In this document: positions 18,289 to 27,699 of the stretch, piece after piece
Layout of the letters: each line of letters opens with the position of its first letter
Position numbering within the stretch: the first letter of the stretch is position 1
NCBI GenBank assembly: GCA_044344255.1
Contig: JBIJDH010000023.1
Coordinates: 1-64,000 of the forward strand
DNA: 64,000 bases
Direction of reading: 5' to 3'
From: Myxococcota bacterium
GTDB taxonomy: Bacteria > Myxococcota_A > UBA796 > UBA2385
The notes under the pieces: model-generated
The model's input: the letters and a program-made list of their open reading frames with translations, nothing else
The model's database searches: none
What the model was told of the DNA's origin: nothing
Translations under genes and position numbers: made by a program

Positions 18289-19452
18289 CTACGCCGCCCG
18301 TCGCGCGCCGACGAGCAGGGCGTCGGCGGCGGCCTCGGCGCTGGCCATCGACCGGTCGAGCAGCATCCCCTCCTCGCCGACCCAGTCACCCACGAGGTGC
18401 ACCGGCCGCCCCCCGACCTGCTGGGCGCCCTCGACCCGCTCCCCCGGCCGGTCGACGCGGTGGGTCACGATGAGCTCGGGGAGGAAGCGCTCTGCCCTCA
18501 CGACCGATCGCCAGCCGGGCTGGGCCTGGTCAAGGAGGGCCTCGAGGCGCGGTCGGGCGGCGGCCCCCGGCTCACCGGGCGCGAGGTAGCGCGCGACGTG
18601 GAGCACCGGGCCGCCGAGCGCGGCCACGCCGCCGTGCTCGGAGAGGTAGAGGGGCTCGTCGAGGCCGAGCACGAAGCGGTGCTCGGGCACCGGCAGGCGG
18701 TCGAGGGCGAGGTCGAGGCAGGCGGCCCGGACCGCCGTGAGCGGCGGGACCGCGCAGCCGAGGCGTCGCGCGAGCGCGGGCGGCCCGGCGATCACGACCG
18801 CGTCTACGTCCTCGGGGAGCTGGCGGACGTCGACCCCCGTGTGCACGCGGACGCCCGGCGCCGCCTGGAGGGCCAGGACGATGCGCTGCCAGCCGCCGTC
18901 GAGGTAGCGCACCCCGCGCAGCGCCAGCCGGAGCTGCCGGACCGCCGCCGCCGCAGACTGGAGGTCGGGCGCCTCGCAGTAGGAGGAGACGCGCACGAGC
19001 CCGCGCAGCAGGTCGGCCGCCGCAGGGGGCGCCCCGGCAAGCCAGTCGGTCACGGTGCCCGCCGGGTCGCCGCCGGGGAGGAGGTGGCGGCCGACCGAGG
19101 CGAGGTCGGCGAGCCCGAGCGCGGTGGTGGAGAGGGCCGAGCCCAGGGTCGCGGGGAGGGCGTGGAGGGCGCCGCCCCGGAGCACCTTCCCACCGGGGGG
19201 CGCCACGGCCCCCGCCGGCGTGATCCCGAGGCGCCGCAGCACCCGGTCGGCCGCCCCCGCCGCGTAGAGCGCGTGGGGCCCGAGGTTCACCTGGCGGTCG
19301 CCGAGGGTGTCGGTGCGCCCTCGCCCGCCGGGGGCCGCCGCCCGCTCGTAGACATCGACCTCGACGCCCCGTGCCGCGAGCAGCGCCGCCGCGGTGAGCC
19401 CGCCGATGCCTCCGCCGATGACCGCCACCCGCCCTGCCGTGCTGCGCTGCAT
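18289..19452 (-). CDS. FAD-dependent oxidoreductase (phytoene-dehydrogenase-like)
   Basis: VAVIGGGIGGL..A...VYER...GGR, NLGPHALY, YLDGGWQ, LVGDWVG; directly upstream of the ECF sigma gene. Confidence 0.85.
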   Translation of the reverse strand: MQRSTAGRVAVIGGGIGGLTAAALLAARGVEVDVYERAAAPGGRGRTDTLGDRQVNLGPHALYAAGAADRVLRRLGITPAGAVAPPGGKVLRGGALHALPATLGSALSTTALGLADLASVGRHLLPGGDPAGTVTDWLAGAPPAAADLLRGLVRVSSYCEAPDLQSAAAAVRQLRLALRGVRYLDGGWQRIVLALQAAPGVRVHTGVDVRQLPEDVDAVVIAGPPALARRLGCAVPPLTAVRAACLDLALDRLPVPEHRFVLGLDEPLYLSEHGGVAALGGPVLHVARYLAPGEPGAAARPRLEALLDQAQPGWRSVVRAERFLPELIVTHRVDRPGERVEGAQQVGGRPVHLVGDWVGEEGMLLDRSMASAEAAADALLVGARRAA

Positions 19453-19561
19453 GATCCGCTCCCTGGTGTGAAGAGAGCACGCGCCATCCGGGGCAGACCT
19501 TAGGGGCGCAAGTCGGGCGCCGCACAATTTTTAGGGTGAGCGCGGTCCGCTGGAGGCGATC

Positions 19562-20650
19562 TCAAAACGAGATCCGCTCCCCCGCGTTGTACCGCGACTT
19601 CTTTCCCTCGGGTCCGAAGACGTAGACCCCGTCGCGGCCCACCGAGGTGACCACGGGCCCCCCGAGCTCGACGAGCAGGTAGCTCTCCTCGTTGAGCCCG
19701 GCGCAGACCCGCGAGGAGAAGCGGCGCGCGAGGTAGGCGAGGTTGTCGGGGTCGTCGGTCTGGATGCGGTCCATGCAGTGGGGCAGGATCTGGAGCCCGC
19801 CGACGAGGCCGAGCCCGCGGTCGAGCAGGCGGAAGTCGCGGGAGAGCGGGTCGCCGGCGTAGTTGTCGTAGACGATCATCCGGTCACAGAGCACGAGCGC
19901 GCCGGCCGAGCTCACGACGAAGGTGGCGCCGCGGCGGAGCGACTCCATCAGCGCCGGCTGGAGGTCGAAGAAGCGCAGGGCGCCCAAGAGCTCGGTCGGC
20001 GAGCCGCCAAAGAAGATGAGGGCGTCGGCGCCGAGGATGCGCTGCTGGAGCTGATCGCGGGCGCGGAGCCACTCGGGGTCGAAGCGCAGGCCCGTGCGGG
20101 CGTGGACCTGGTCCTGGGCGTCGTCGAGGGCGGCGAGCATGCGCTCGTCGTTCTCCTTGAGGTCGTCGATCGAGCCGAGGAGCTCGCGGGACAGGGCCTT
20201 GGCGAAGAGCTCGCGGCCGCTGAGCTGGGACTCGGGCCGGAGCGGGTCGCGGGTGTGCAGCGCGCCGAGCGAGGCCTCGGGCACGCGCGCCCGCAGCTCG
20301 CGCACCCCCCGGCGGATGAGCTGGGCGTGAAAAGCAGTCTTCTCGAGGTAGTAGGCCTGGATGGCCTCCATCGCCTCGGTGGTCTCCGCCCAGACCGCCG
20401 CCACGTCGGGCCGGCGGGAGAGGAAGTCGCGCCAGACGTGCCAGACGCAGGAATTGTGGATGGGCTCGGTGATGCCGAGCTGGTAGAGGGCCTCCTTGAC
20501 GGGCCCCTCGTTGTACTCGCCCTCCTTCCAGGCGGCCGTGACGAGCAGCACCTTGGGGGGCGCGCCGCGGGCGGCGCCGCGGAGGAAGGGGGCGGCGCGG
20601 TCGAGCAGCTCGCTGCCCGCGTTGCCGTTGAAGAGGATGCGGCCCTTCAT
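19562..20650 (-). CDS. Peptidase S51/cyanophycinase-like class I glutamine amidotransferase-fold protein with a long helical insertion
   Basis: ADALIFFGG, nucleophile elbow SSAGA, GLGL....ILPH, GLNE. Confidence 0.65.
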   Translation of the reverse strand: MKGRILFNGNAGSELLDRAAPFLRGAARGAPPKVLLVTAAWKEGEYNEGPVKEALYQLGITEPIHNSCVWHVWRDFLSRRPDVAAVWAETTEAMEAIQAYYLEKTAFHAQLIRRGVRELRARVPEASLGALHTRDPLRPESQLSGRELFAKALSRELLGSIDDLKENDERMLAALDDAQDQVHARTGLRFDPEWLRARDQLQQRILGADALIFFGGSPTELLGALRFFDLQPALMESLRRGATFVVSSAGALVLCDRMIVYDNYAGDPLSRDFRLLDRGLGLVGGLQILPHCMDRIQTDDPDNLAYLARRFSSRVCAGLNEESYLLVELGGPVVTSVGRDGVYVFGPEGKKSRYNAGERISF

Positions 20651-21516
20651 GAGGGGTCTCCAGGGGCGGCGGGGGGCGCCGGCGGGTCAGCGGGGCTCGG
20701 GCTCGGCGCGGCGGCGGGCTCGGGCTGGGTCCTCATCCAGGCGCGGATCGCCACGCCCGCGCCCACCATCCCGATCATCACCCACTGGGCCGGTGTGAGG
20801 TGGAGCCAGCGCACGTCGGCGTTCTCGAGGTCGGTGTTGCGGAGGAAGTCGAGGCCGAAGCGCGCCGGCGCGTAGAGGAAGCACCAGAGCGAGGTGAAGT
20901 GCCCGAACTTCACCCGGCGGTCGCGCTGGAGGAAGAAGACGAGCGCGATGACCGCGGTCCAGAGGGCCTCGTAGAGGCCGAGGTCGTGGCGGGGGCCGCC
21001 GTAGTAGCGCTCGGGGAAGTCAACCCCAAGGAAGAAGCTGGTCTTCTGTCCGATGTGGTCGTGGGCCGAGAAGCAGCCGAGGCGCCCGAGCGTCCAGGCG
21101 AAGGGGAAGCCGAAGGTGATGGTGTCGGCGTGGGGCCAGAAGGGCCGCTTTCGAAGCACCTTGTAGAAGAGCAAGGAGCCCGCGACCGCGCCGAGGAAGC
21201 CGCCCGTGCTCGAGAAGCCCTCCCAGACGCGCACGAGCGCCATCACCCCGTCCTTCTCCAGCTTCTCGGGGTGGTAGGCGAGGACGTGCATCAAGTGCCC
21301 GCCCACGAAGCCGAGCCCGACGGTGACCACGATGCCGTCGATGATGTCGCGGACGTCGAGGTCGAGCTTGATGGCCCGGGCCCGCACGATCTCGAGGCCG
21401 AGGATGAAGCCCAGGCTGACCAGCAGGGCCCAGGAGTCAAGCTCGATGGGCCCGAGCTTCCAGACGGGGATCTCAAAGTAGGGGATCAGCGCGAGGGTGG
21501 GGATGAGCGCGAGCAT
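20647..21516 (-). CDS. lgt: Prolipoprotein diacylglyceryl transferase (divergent paralogue 1)
   Basis: Multi-TM; GRLGCF, H...LYE, YAPARFGLDFLR, LTPAQW. Confidence 0.8.
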   Translation of the reverse strand: MLALIPTLALIPYFEIPVWKLGPIELDSWALLVSLGFILGLEIVRARAIKLDLDVRDIIDGIVVTVGLGFVGGHLMHVLAYHPEKLEKDGVMALVRVWEGFSSTGGFLGAVAGSLLFYKVLRKRPFWPHADTITFGFPFAWTLGRLGCFSAHDHIGQKTSFFLGVDFPERYYGGPRHDLGLYEALWTAVIALVFFLQRDRRVKFGHFTSLWCFLYAPARFGLDFLRNTDLENADVRWLHLTPAQWVMIGMVGAGVAIRAWMRTQPEPAAAPSPSPADPPAPPAAPGDPS

Positions 21517-21590
21517 CCCCCTCGTTAGCACGGCCGAGCAGCCGCGACCGGGACCGGTTAAGGGGGCCGCCCAACGAAGGAACCGACCCC

Positions 21591-22034
21591 ATGGCGGTCA
21601 TCACCACCGACATCCTCCTCGAAGGCGTCCCGCGCGACCGCGTCTTTGAGTGGCTCTCCGATCCAGCCCACCACCGCGTCCTCGTCGAGGGCGCCTTCGA
21701 CGGCTTCAAGGAGAACGGCACGGGTGACTTCACGGTCACCCTCAAGCTGAGCCCGAAGAGCCGCGACATGGGCTACCGCTTCCTCCGCCCCGATGACGCC
21801 CACGGCGGCCGCCGAGTCCTCATCGAGACCACCGGGAAGCGCACCAAGGGGGCGATGAGCTACAGCCTCCGCACCATGAAGCCGAGCACCAACACGCTCG
21901 TGACCCTGCACCTCGACTACGACGCTGGCGGCCTCCTGGGCGAGCTGGTGAACCGCGCCGGACTTATGGCGGGTATTGAGGCCGGCATGAAGAAGGTGCT
22001 CGAAAACCTGGCCCGGTCTTACCCCCGCACCTGA
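21591..22034 (+). CDS. SRPBCC/START-fold protein
   Basis: P.RVFEWLSDP N-terminus, T.VTLHLDY...G.LG.L C-terminal pattern; GAAGGA RBS. Confidence 0.65.
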   Translation: MAVITTDILLEGVPRDRVFEWLSDPAHHRVLVEGAFDGFKENGTGDFTVTLKLSPKSRDMGYRFLRPDDAHGGRRVLIETTGKRTKGAMSYSLRTMKPSTNTLVTLHLDYDAGGLLGELVNRAGLMAGIEAGMKKVLENLARSYPRT

Positions 22035-22136
22035 GGGGCGTACCGGCAGCGGTTCGGCGCCAAGCCGCACTCCTGCCTGTGCTCGAGCGCCGCCCCCCGG
22101 CCTCCCGACCGATAGACGGCCCGCCGTTTCCGTCAC

Positions 22137-22168
22137 AACCTGCCTCTCGGCATGCCGATAGGCAGGTT
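22137..22168. other. 32-bp near-perfect palindrome between convergent genes
   Basis: aacctgcctctcggcatgccgataggcaggtt, one mismatched pair. Confidence 0.8.
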
Positions 22169-22229
22169 CAACCAGCCTTACCCCGCGCCGCCCGAAATAT
22201 ACACCTGTGTGTTATTTCGAGCGGACCGT

Positions 22230-23117
22230 TCAGGGGACCAGGATCGAGCAGTAGCAGGAGTAGATGCTCCCAGAAGCGATCTTGGAGCCATCGGAGAAGT
22301 TGGCTTCAAAACTGCTCAAACCGAGCTCCGAGTTGAGCGTGTACAGATCAATGCTGAAGGCGCTGCCGTCAGCCAGAGCCTTGTTCAGGCTGCCCGTTCC
22401 GGTCTCCAGGAGCACCTCGGCCAGGGTGGAGGGCGCCGGCATGAAGCTCGCGGCCTGGTACAGGGTGACCGTGTCGCCCGAGGCCGGAGTGCCCTCGATC
22501 ATGATCTGAATCTTGGTGCCCGTATACGTGGCGGCCCCCGCTGCGAGGTCACAGGGGGTGGCCCCAGAGGTATCCGAGGTGCCCACCAGCATGGCGCCGA
22601 AGGAGGTCTCTTCGTAGGCCCAGTTGTTGTAGGTCGCCGCGGTCCCCCCAATGGTGCCGACGATGGTGTTGGCGGCGCAGTCGGCGTCCGCATCGGCATC
22701 GGAGTCGGCATCGGCGTCGGCGTCCGAGTCGGCGTCGGCGTCCGCATCGGAGTCGGCATCGGCGTCGGCGTCCGAGTCGGCGTCGGCGTCCGCGTCGGTG
22801 TCCCCATCGGCGTCGGCGTCGGTGTCGGTGTCCGTGTCTCCATCGGCGTCGGCGTCGGTGTCGGTGTCGGTGTCGGCGTCTACGTCGGCGTCGCCCTCCC
22901 CGGAGGTGTCAGGCTCTCCGCTGTCGCCGGTGCTCTTGCAGTCAGGCCCCGCGGCGCAGCCCGGATCGTCGCAGTCGAACTTGCCGTTCTCGTCGTTGTC
23001 GGCGCCGTCGGTGCACTGCCCCGGTTCGGAACCCTCACCGGCCTTGCCGCCGCAGGCCGCCAGCGCCATCAGGGCTACGAGGCTCATCATCGTTGTCGTC
23101 GTCATCCCATCCTCCAC
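22230..23117 (-). CDS. Lipoprotein with a Cys/Asp motif (C.DG.DND.NG..DC.DP.C) and an Asp-Ala/Asp-Thr low-complexity linker
   Basis: Lipobox LAAC; (DA/DT/DS)n tract at ~22680-22890. Confidence 0.8.
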   Translation of the reverse strand: MEDGMTTTTMMSLVALMALAACGGKAGEGSEPGQCTDGADNDENGKFDCDDPGCAAGPDCKSTGDSGEPDTSGEGDADVDADTDTDTDADADGDTDTDTDADADGDTDADADADSDADADADSDADADADSDADADADSDADADADCAANTIVGTIGGTAATYNNWAYEETSFGAMLVGTSDTSGATPCDLAAGAATYTGTKIQIMIEGTPASGDTVTLYQAASFMPAPSTLAEVLLETGTGSLNKALADGSAFSIDLYTLNSELGLSSFEANFSDGSKIASGSIYSCYCSILVP

Positions 23118-23217
23118 TCAAGGAGTATGCCAGAGCGGTCCAGCCGCTGCAAGAGCCTCCCCGCCGGTCGTCCCTCGGCGGCGCCCGCCGAGCGCGGGCG
23201 CCTGGTGCCCTCGCCGT

Positions 23218-24870
23218 TCAATCCCCGGACCACGTGATGAGGCTGCGCGCGGGGATGGGGCCCTCGAGGGTCAGGGGCTCCCGCCAGGGGGGATACCAGG
23301 TGATGCGGTCCACCGTGTCCATGTTCCCGAGGCCGACATGGGTGCCCCGGGGTTTCGCCGACTTGAAGCTCGCCTCCGTCGTGATGAGACCCACAAAGCT
23401 CCGTCCGCCGGCCTCCACCACCACCCGGGTGCCCTCCGGACCGCCGAGCTCAAGCCAGTTTCCGTCGGTGCAACCATTGGACAGGAATACCCAGGGGGAC
23501 CGTTGACCATCCCCCACGATGAGGTCGAGCACGCCATCCCCGTTGATGTCAAACGGGACGACGGTTCGTGTGTCGGCCTCCTGGGGGAATCCCAAAGAGG
23601 CCCCCGCCTCCGTGAAGGTGCCATCTTCGTTCTGCAGGCCAATCCACAGGGGCCAGGGCTCTGCGTCACCGTCCCAGAACCACGACGTGGGCAGGATGAG
23701 ATCATTACGACCGTCATTGTCGAGATCGGTGATCGAGAGGCCCCACAACATCTGGTGGCCGTCGAGGTTGGGCATACCGCTCGTGGCGGTCACATCGACA
23801 AACCCGAAGTCCGGAACATCGACCAGCAACCACAGACGTTCGGCGTCGCCGAGGGCGAGGTCGAGGAGGCCGTCGCCGTCGATGTCGCCCCAGCCCGAGC
23901 CCATGCAGTTCGACACCACCCCGAGACCGGAGGGATCGCCGGCGCTCACGAAGTCGCCTCCTGAATTGGCGTAGAATGCGTTTGGAGCCGTCTCTCGGCC
24001 GAAATCGTTACAAATATAGGCGTCGGGCCGATTGTCCCCATTTACATCGAGCAGGGTGGTGTCAAAGGTCCTCCCCCACCCGGCGCCGGGATCGCTGATC
24101 TCCTGGGCGGCACCGGTGAAGGCAATCCCCGGGTCATGCCAGACACGGCTCGGCGGGGGGGACTCATTGTGAGTGAAGGAGATGAAGAGATCGATCTGCT
24201 CTGTGTCATCGATATAGGCGGGGCTGATATCGCGGGGGCTGAGCCCGTCGGGCATGGTCACCGTTTCGGAGGCAAAAGACCGAGGGAGATCGGTGAACAG
24301 GGTGAACTCCGGGCCGCCGAAAGCGAGAAGCTCGTCCTCTCCATCCTGGTCGAGGTCCAGCAGGGTGAAGGCCGCGGAGTCCGAGACCATAGGAAAATCG
24401 GCTGGGTCGAGCTCGGCCTCGCCGACGGCCAGGGCATGCAGCTCGGCATAATAGTCTTCCCAGATGATGATGGCCCCCGAACCGCTGGGAATAATGGCCA
24501 CCGCGCCCGCCTCGATGGACTGAAAGACCGTATCCGACCATTCTCCGAGCTCGGTCGGCGGCACGAGGAGGGTCCAGCCGAGGGCGACGGGGGCGGCACA
24601 GGTGGAGGTCTCGATGGTGAAGGCCGGGGGCAGTGGGTCGGCGCTGTCTCCCGTCGTCCCGTCGCCGCCGCCCTCTCCCATTCCATCGCCCCCACTGCCT
24701 CCGCCCCCACTGCCCCCGCCCTCCTCCTCAAGATGGCAGAGCCCATCTTCCCACCGCGCGGATCCGACGGGACATGGATCGGGGCCACATGCCGCGGCGC
24801 CGACCAGCCCGAGGAGGAGGAGGCTACGGAGCGGGGACTGGAGAGGGGTTCGGAAGACGGGGGAGATCAC
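23218..24870 (-). CDS. FG-GAP/VCBS-repeat (CRTAC1/ASPIC-UnbV-like) lipoprotein
   Basis: Lipobox AAAC; repeated D.D.DG..D blades; C-terminal GNWLEL...HVGLG....D.I.W. Confidence 0.8.
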   Translation of the reverse strand: MISPVFRTPLQSPLRSLLLLGLVGAAACGPDPCPVGSARWEDGLCHLEEEGGGSGGGGSGGDGMGEGGGDGTTGDSADPLPPAFTIETSTCAAPVALGWTLLVPPTELGEWSDTVFQSIEAGAVAIIPSGSGAIIIWEDYYAELHALAVGEAELDPADFPMVSDSAAFTLLDLDQDGEDELLAFGGPEFTLFTDLPRSFASETVTMPDGLSPRDISPAYIDDTEQIDLFISFTHNESPPPSRVWHDPGIAFTGAAQEISDPGAGWGRTFDTTLLDVNGDNRPDAYICNDFGRETAPNAFYANSGGDFVSAGDPSGLGVVSNCMGSGWGDIDGDGLLDLALGDAERLWLLVDVPDFGFVDVTATSGMPNLDGHQMLWGLSITDLDNDGRNDLILPTSWFWDGDAEPWPLWIGLQNEDGTFTEAGASLGFPQEADTRTVVPFDINGDGVLDLIVGDGQRSPWVFLSNGCTDGNWLELGGPEGTRVVVEAGGRSFVGLITTEASFKSAKPRGTHVGLGNMDTVDRITWYPPWREPLTLEGPIPARSLITWSGD

Positions 24871-25012
24871 AACCGAGCCAGGTCTGCAGGTGGGTCAATG
24901 GATTGGGCTGGGCCAGCCTGTTCAGGGAACTCGGGTGATAGGTGTAACAAATCGGGTATCGGCTGGCAAGGGGTTCGCGAACACGGAGACCGCTCCGGGC
25001 CGCCCCGTCCCC

Positions 25013-26413
25013 TCAAAACTGGAAGTAGTAAAAATCCCGCGCGTCTACCGCCGACACGGCGCAGAGGCCGCCCACCACGATCAGCAGCAGGGCCAGGGCG
25101 GGTGCGCTCGCTCGCCGGGCGCCGCGGAGGAGCTGGGCCCGCCAGTCGCGGGGGGAGAGGTGCAGGGCCACCACCAGCGCCAGGAGCGCGGCCGCCTGGG
25201 CGTCAAAGAGGCCGCCCGTGGGGCGCTGCCAGGCGGTGAGGGAGACGAGGGCCGCCTTCAGGTCGGTGAGGGCGATGGGGCGGAGGGCCATCACGGACAG
25301 GGCGGTGAGCTGGAAGCAGAGGAGCCGCTCGAAGACGCCGACGGCGCCGGCGCCGGGGACGGGGCGGAGGAGGCGCCAGGTGGCGGCCAGCACGCCGTTG
25401 TAGAGGCCCATGAGCACGTAAGAGGCGCCCACGCCGTGCCAGACGCCGGAGACGAAGAAGACGAGGAAGAGGTTCCGCCAGATGAGGAGGGGGCCGCCGC
25501 GCGAGCCGCCGAGGGGGAAGTAGAGGTAGTCGCGCAGCCAGCGGCCGAGGGTCATGTGCCAGCGGCGCCAGTGCTCCACGGGGCTGGGGGCGAAGGCGGG
25601 GCGGTCGAAATTCTGGGGGAGGGTGATGCCGAAGAGCAGGGCGGAGCCGATGGCGATGTCGGTGTATCCGGAGAAGTCACAATAGAGAGAAAAATAAGCC
25701 GCCCAGTCGGCGAGGAGGGCCTCGGGGCCGTTGTAGTGGCTGGGGTTGGCGAAGAAGGGATCGACGAGGGCGCGGCCGATGCCGTCCCCGAGCACCATCT
25801 TCTTCACCATGCCGATGCAGATGAGCAGCAGGCCCTCGCCGATGGCGCCGGCCTCCGGGCGGGCCGGCCGGTCGATCTGCGGGAGCAGCTCCGTCGCCCG
25901 TACGATCGGGCCGGCGATGAGCTGGGGGAAGAAGGCGGTGAAGAAGCTGAAGTCGAGCAGGCTGGCGGTGGGCTTCGACTGACGCCGATAGATGTCGATC
26001 GAGTAGCCGAGGGTCTGGAAAGAGTAGAAAGAGATGCCGATCGGCAGGCCGAGGCCGAGGCGGGGGAGGCTCCACTCGGCCCCGAGCAGGCGCCCCAAGC
26101 CCTCGACGCCGCCGAGCAGGAAGTCCCCGTACTTGAAGACCCCGAGCATGCCGAGGTTGCCGACGACGCTCACGAGCAGGAGCCGGGTGCGGGCCCGGGT
26201 GTCGTCCGTGGCGGCGATGCGGGCCCCGACCACGAAGTCGAGCAGGGTGGCTGCAGCGAGCAGCGGCAGGTAGCCGACGTTCCGGTGGCCATAGAAGACG
26301 AGGCTGATCCCGGTGAGCCAGGCGACGTTCGCGAGGCGGGAGCCGCGGAGGAGCCGAGAGACCACCCAGGCCAGCGCCAACAGCAGCACATAGTGGAGGT
26401 CAGTGAAGCGCAT
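25013..26413 (-). CDS. MBOAT family O-acyltransferase (AlgI/PatA/DltB-like)
   Basis: LGVFKY, LPIGISFYSFQ, FFPQLIAGPI, YCDFSGYTDIA, NFDRP, WRRWHMTL..W.RDYLY.PLGG, SGVWHG, C-terminal FYYFQF. Confidence 0.95.
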   Translation of the reverse strand: MRFTDLHYVLLLALAWVVSRLLRGSRLANVAWLTGISLVFYGHRNVGYLPLLAAATLLDFVVGARIAATDDTRARTRLLLVSVVGNLGMLGVFKYGDFLLGGVEGLGRLLGAEWSLPRLGLGLPIGISFYSFQTLGYSIDIYRRQSKPTASLLDFSFFTAFFPQLIAGPIVRATELLPQIDRPARPEAGAIGEGLLLICIGMVKKMVLGDGIGRALVDPFFANPSHYNGPEALLADWAAYFSLYCDFSGYTDIAIGSALLFGITLPQNFDRPAFAPSPVEHWRRWHMTLGRWLRDYLYFPLGGSRGGPLLIWRNLFLVFFVSGVWHGVGASYVLMGLYNGVLAATWRLLRPVPGAGAVGVFERLLCFQLTALSVMALRPIALTDLKAALVSLTAWQRPTGGLFDAQAAALLALVVALHLSPRDWRAQLLRGARRASAPALALLLIVVGGLCAVSAVDARDFYYFQF

Positions 26414-27461
26414 CGACCAGCGCCTCACAGAGGGCGGTGGAGGCGCGGCGGGCGCCGATGGAGTTGAGGTGGTCGGGGTCGATGTAGAGGGCGCGCGCGG
26501 TCCAGTCGCCGCCGTTCCAGTCAGTGCTGTTCCAGTCGAGGTAGCGGGCCCCGTGCGCGGCGGTGGTGGCGCGGACATACCGGTCGAAGGTGGCGTAGTC
26601 CTCGGGGGGGATCTCTGCCTGATAGGTCGCGCTCACCGGCAGGTTGACGATGAAGAGCGGCAGCCCCTCGGCCTCGGCGCGGCGGAGCAGGGCCTCGAAG
26701 TGGCTCGCCGGCAGCCCGCCCTCGATACGATAATCGGCGAAGCGCTCGGCGCGCACGTGCGGGAGCACCCGCTCGATGCGGGTCTGCCAGCGGCCAGCGT
26801 GTCGGCGGTCATAGTCAGCGTTCCGCGCCTCACAGCTCGGGTGGCTGGCGCAGTACTGCCCGCCGCCCTCGTAGAGCGCCATCCAGGTGATGTGGGCGTG
26901 GTCTGTCCAGGGCCGGTGCAGCAGGAAGGCGAGGCTCTCGACGCCGCGGAAGAGGGGGCGGGCGCAGGCCGCGACGTCGGGCGGCCCCTGGGCGGCGGCG
27001 AGGAGGCACTCGGGGACATCGCCCGGGTCGGCGCTCGTGCCCACGTTGTGGTTGAGCTCGAAGTGGGCGGCGTTGAGCGAGTCGGGGGCGACCTCGGCGA
27101 CGAGGACGCGGGGGCGCCGTTCTCCGGAGAAGAGGTCGCGGGCCAGGAGGTCGGTGGCGTAGGTCGAGGCGGCGAGGCGGCTCGCGGACTCGGTGCGGGT
27201 GGGGCGGCCGAGGCGGTCGCTCAGACAGGCGTCGATGAGCCGGGGGGCGAAGGCGTAGTGGGATCGGCTGCTGCCGGCGATGCCGACATCGGCGGGCGCG
27301 GGGTGGCGGGTGTGGGAGAGGGCGAAGAGGTCGGTCGGCCACTCCACCTCCCCCACATACTTGATTCCGAGGGCCCCCTGGAGGAGCCCCGCGGCGACGA
27401 GGAGGAGGACGACCCAGCCGAGCACGGCGAAGCCCCGCCGGTCCGCCTCGCTCGGCCGCAC
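26400..27461 (-). CDS. Extracytoplasmic SGNH-like partner of the MBOAT (DltD/DUF1574-like)
   Basis: N-terminal TM; GSSRS block I; C-terminal DPDHLN (D-x-x-H); overlaps the MBOAT start. Confidence 0.75.
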   Translation of the reverse strand: MRPSEADRRGFAVLGWVVLLLVAAGLLQGALGIKYVGEVEWPTDLFALSHTRHPAPADVGIAGSSRSHYAFAPRLIDACLSDRLGRPTRTESASRLAASTYATDLLARDLFSGERRPRVLVAEVAPDSLNAAHFELNHNVGTSADPGDVPECLLAAAQGPPDVAACARPLFRGVESLAFLLHRPWTDHAHITWMALYEGGGQYCASHPSCEARNADYDRRHAGRWQTRIERVLPHVRAERFADYRIEGGLPASHFEALLRRAEAEGLPLFIVNLPVSATYQAEIPPEDYATFDRYVRATTAAHGARYLDWNSTDWNGGDWTARALYIDPDHLNSIGARRASTALCEALVDALH

Positions 27462-27463
27462 GG

Positions 27464-27652
27464 CTACCAGCGCTCCTGGGCGGTGAGGGTGCCGCCCGAG
27501 ACCGCTGCTGGGGGCGTGGGCGCCGGGGCGCCGGCGAGGACGGCGTCGAGGGCGCGCTGGTTCGCGTCGACGTCGCCCTGCCAGATGAGGAGCGCGGCGC
27601 CCACCAGGAGGGCGAGCGTCAGGGCGGCGAGGGGCAGCTCAGCGGAGCGCAA
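27464..27652 (-). CDS. Small single-TM protein (62 aa) heading the SGNH-MBOAT operon
   Basis: Hydrophobic helix; stop 2 nt before the SGNH start. Confidence 0.55.
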   Translation of the reverse strand: MRSAELPLAALTLALLVGAALLIWQGDVDANQRALDAVLAGAPAPTPPAAVSGGTLTAQERW

Positions 27653-27699
27653 GGGGAGACCCTGGGCGGAGCCCGGACCCTACCACGCCGCCGCCCCGG

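Noticed and set aside
19478..19503. Possible ECF promoter (CTAAGG-N16-CGTG, minus strand) upstream of the oxidoreductase-sigma operon
   Set aside because: Position is plausible, but the match to the ECF41 consensus is too loose.
22680..22890. Hexamer repeat tract; also 9-nt tracts at ~34510-34555 and ~63710-63780
   Set aside because: In-frame Asp-rich linkers after lipoboxes, common in these lipoproteins; not phase-variation switches.
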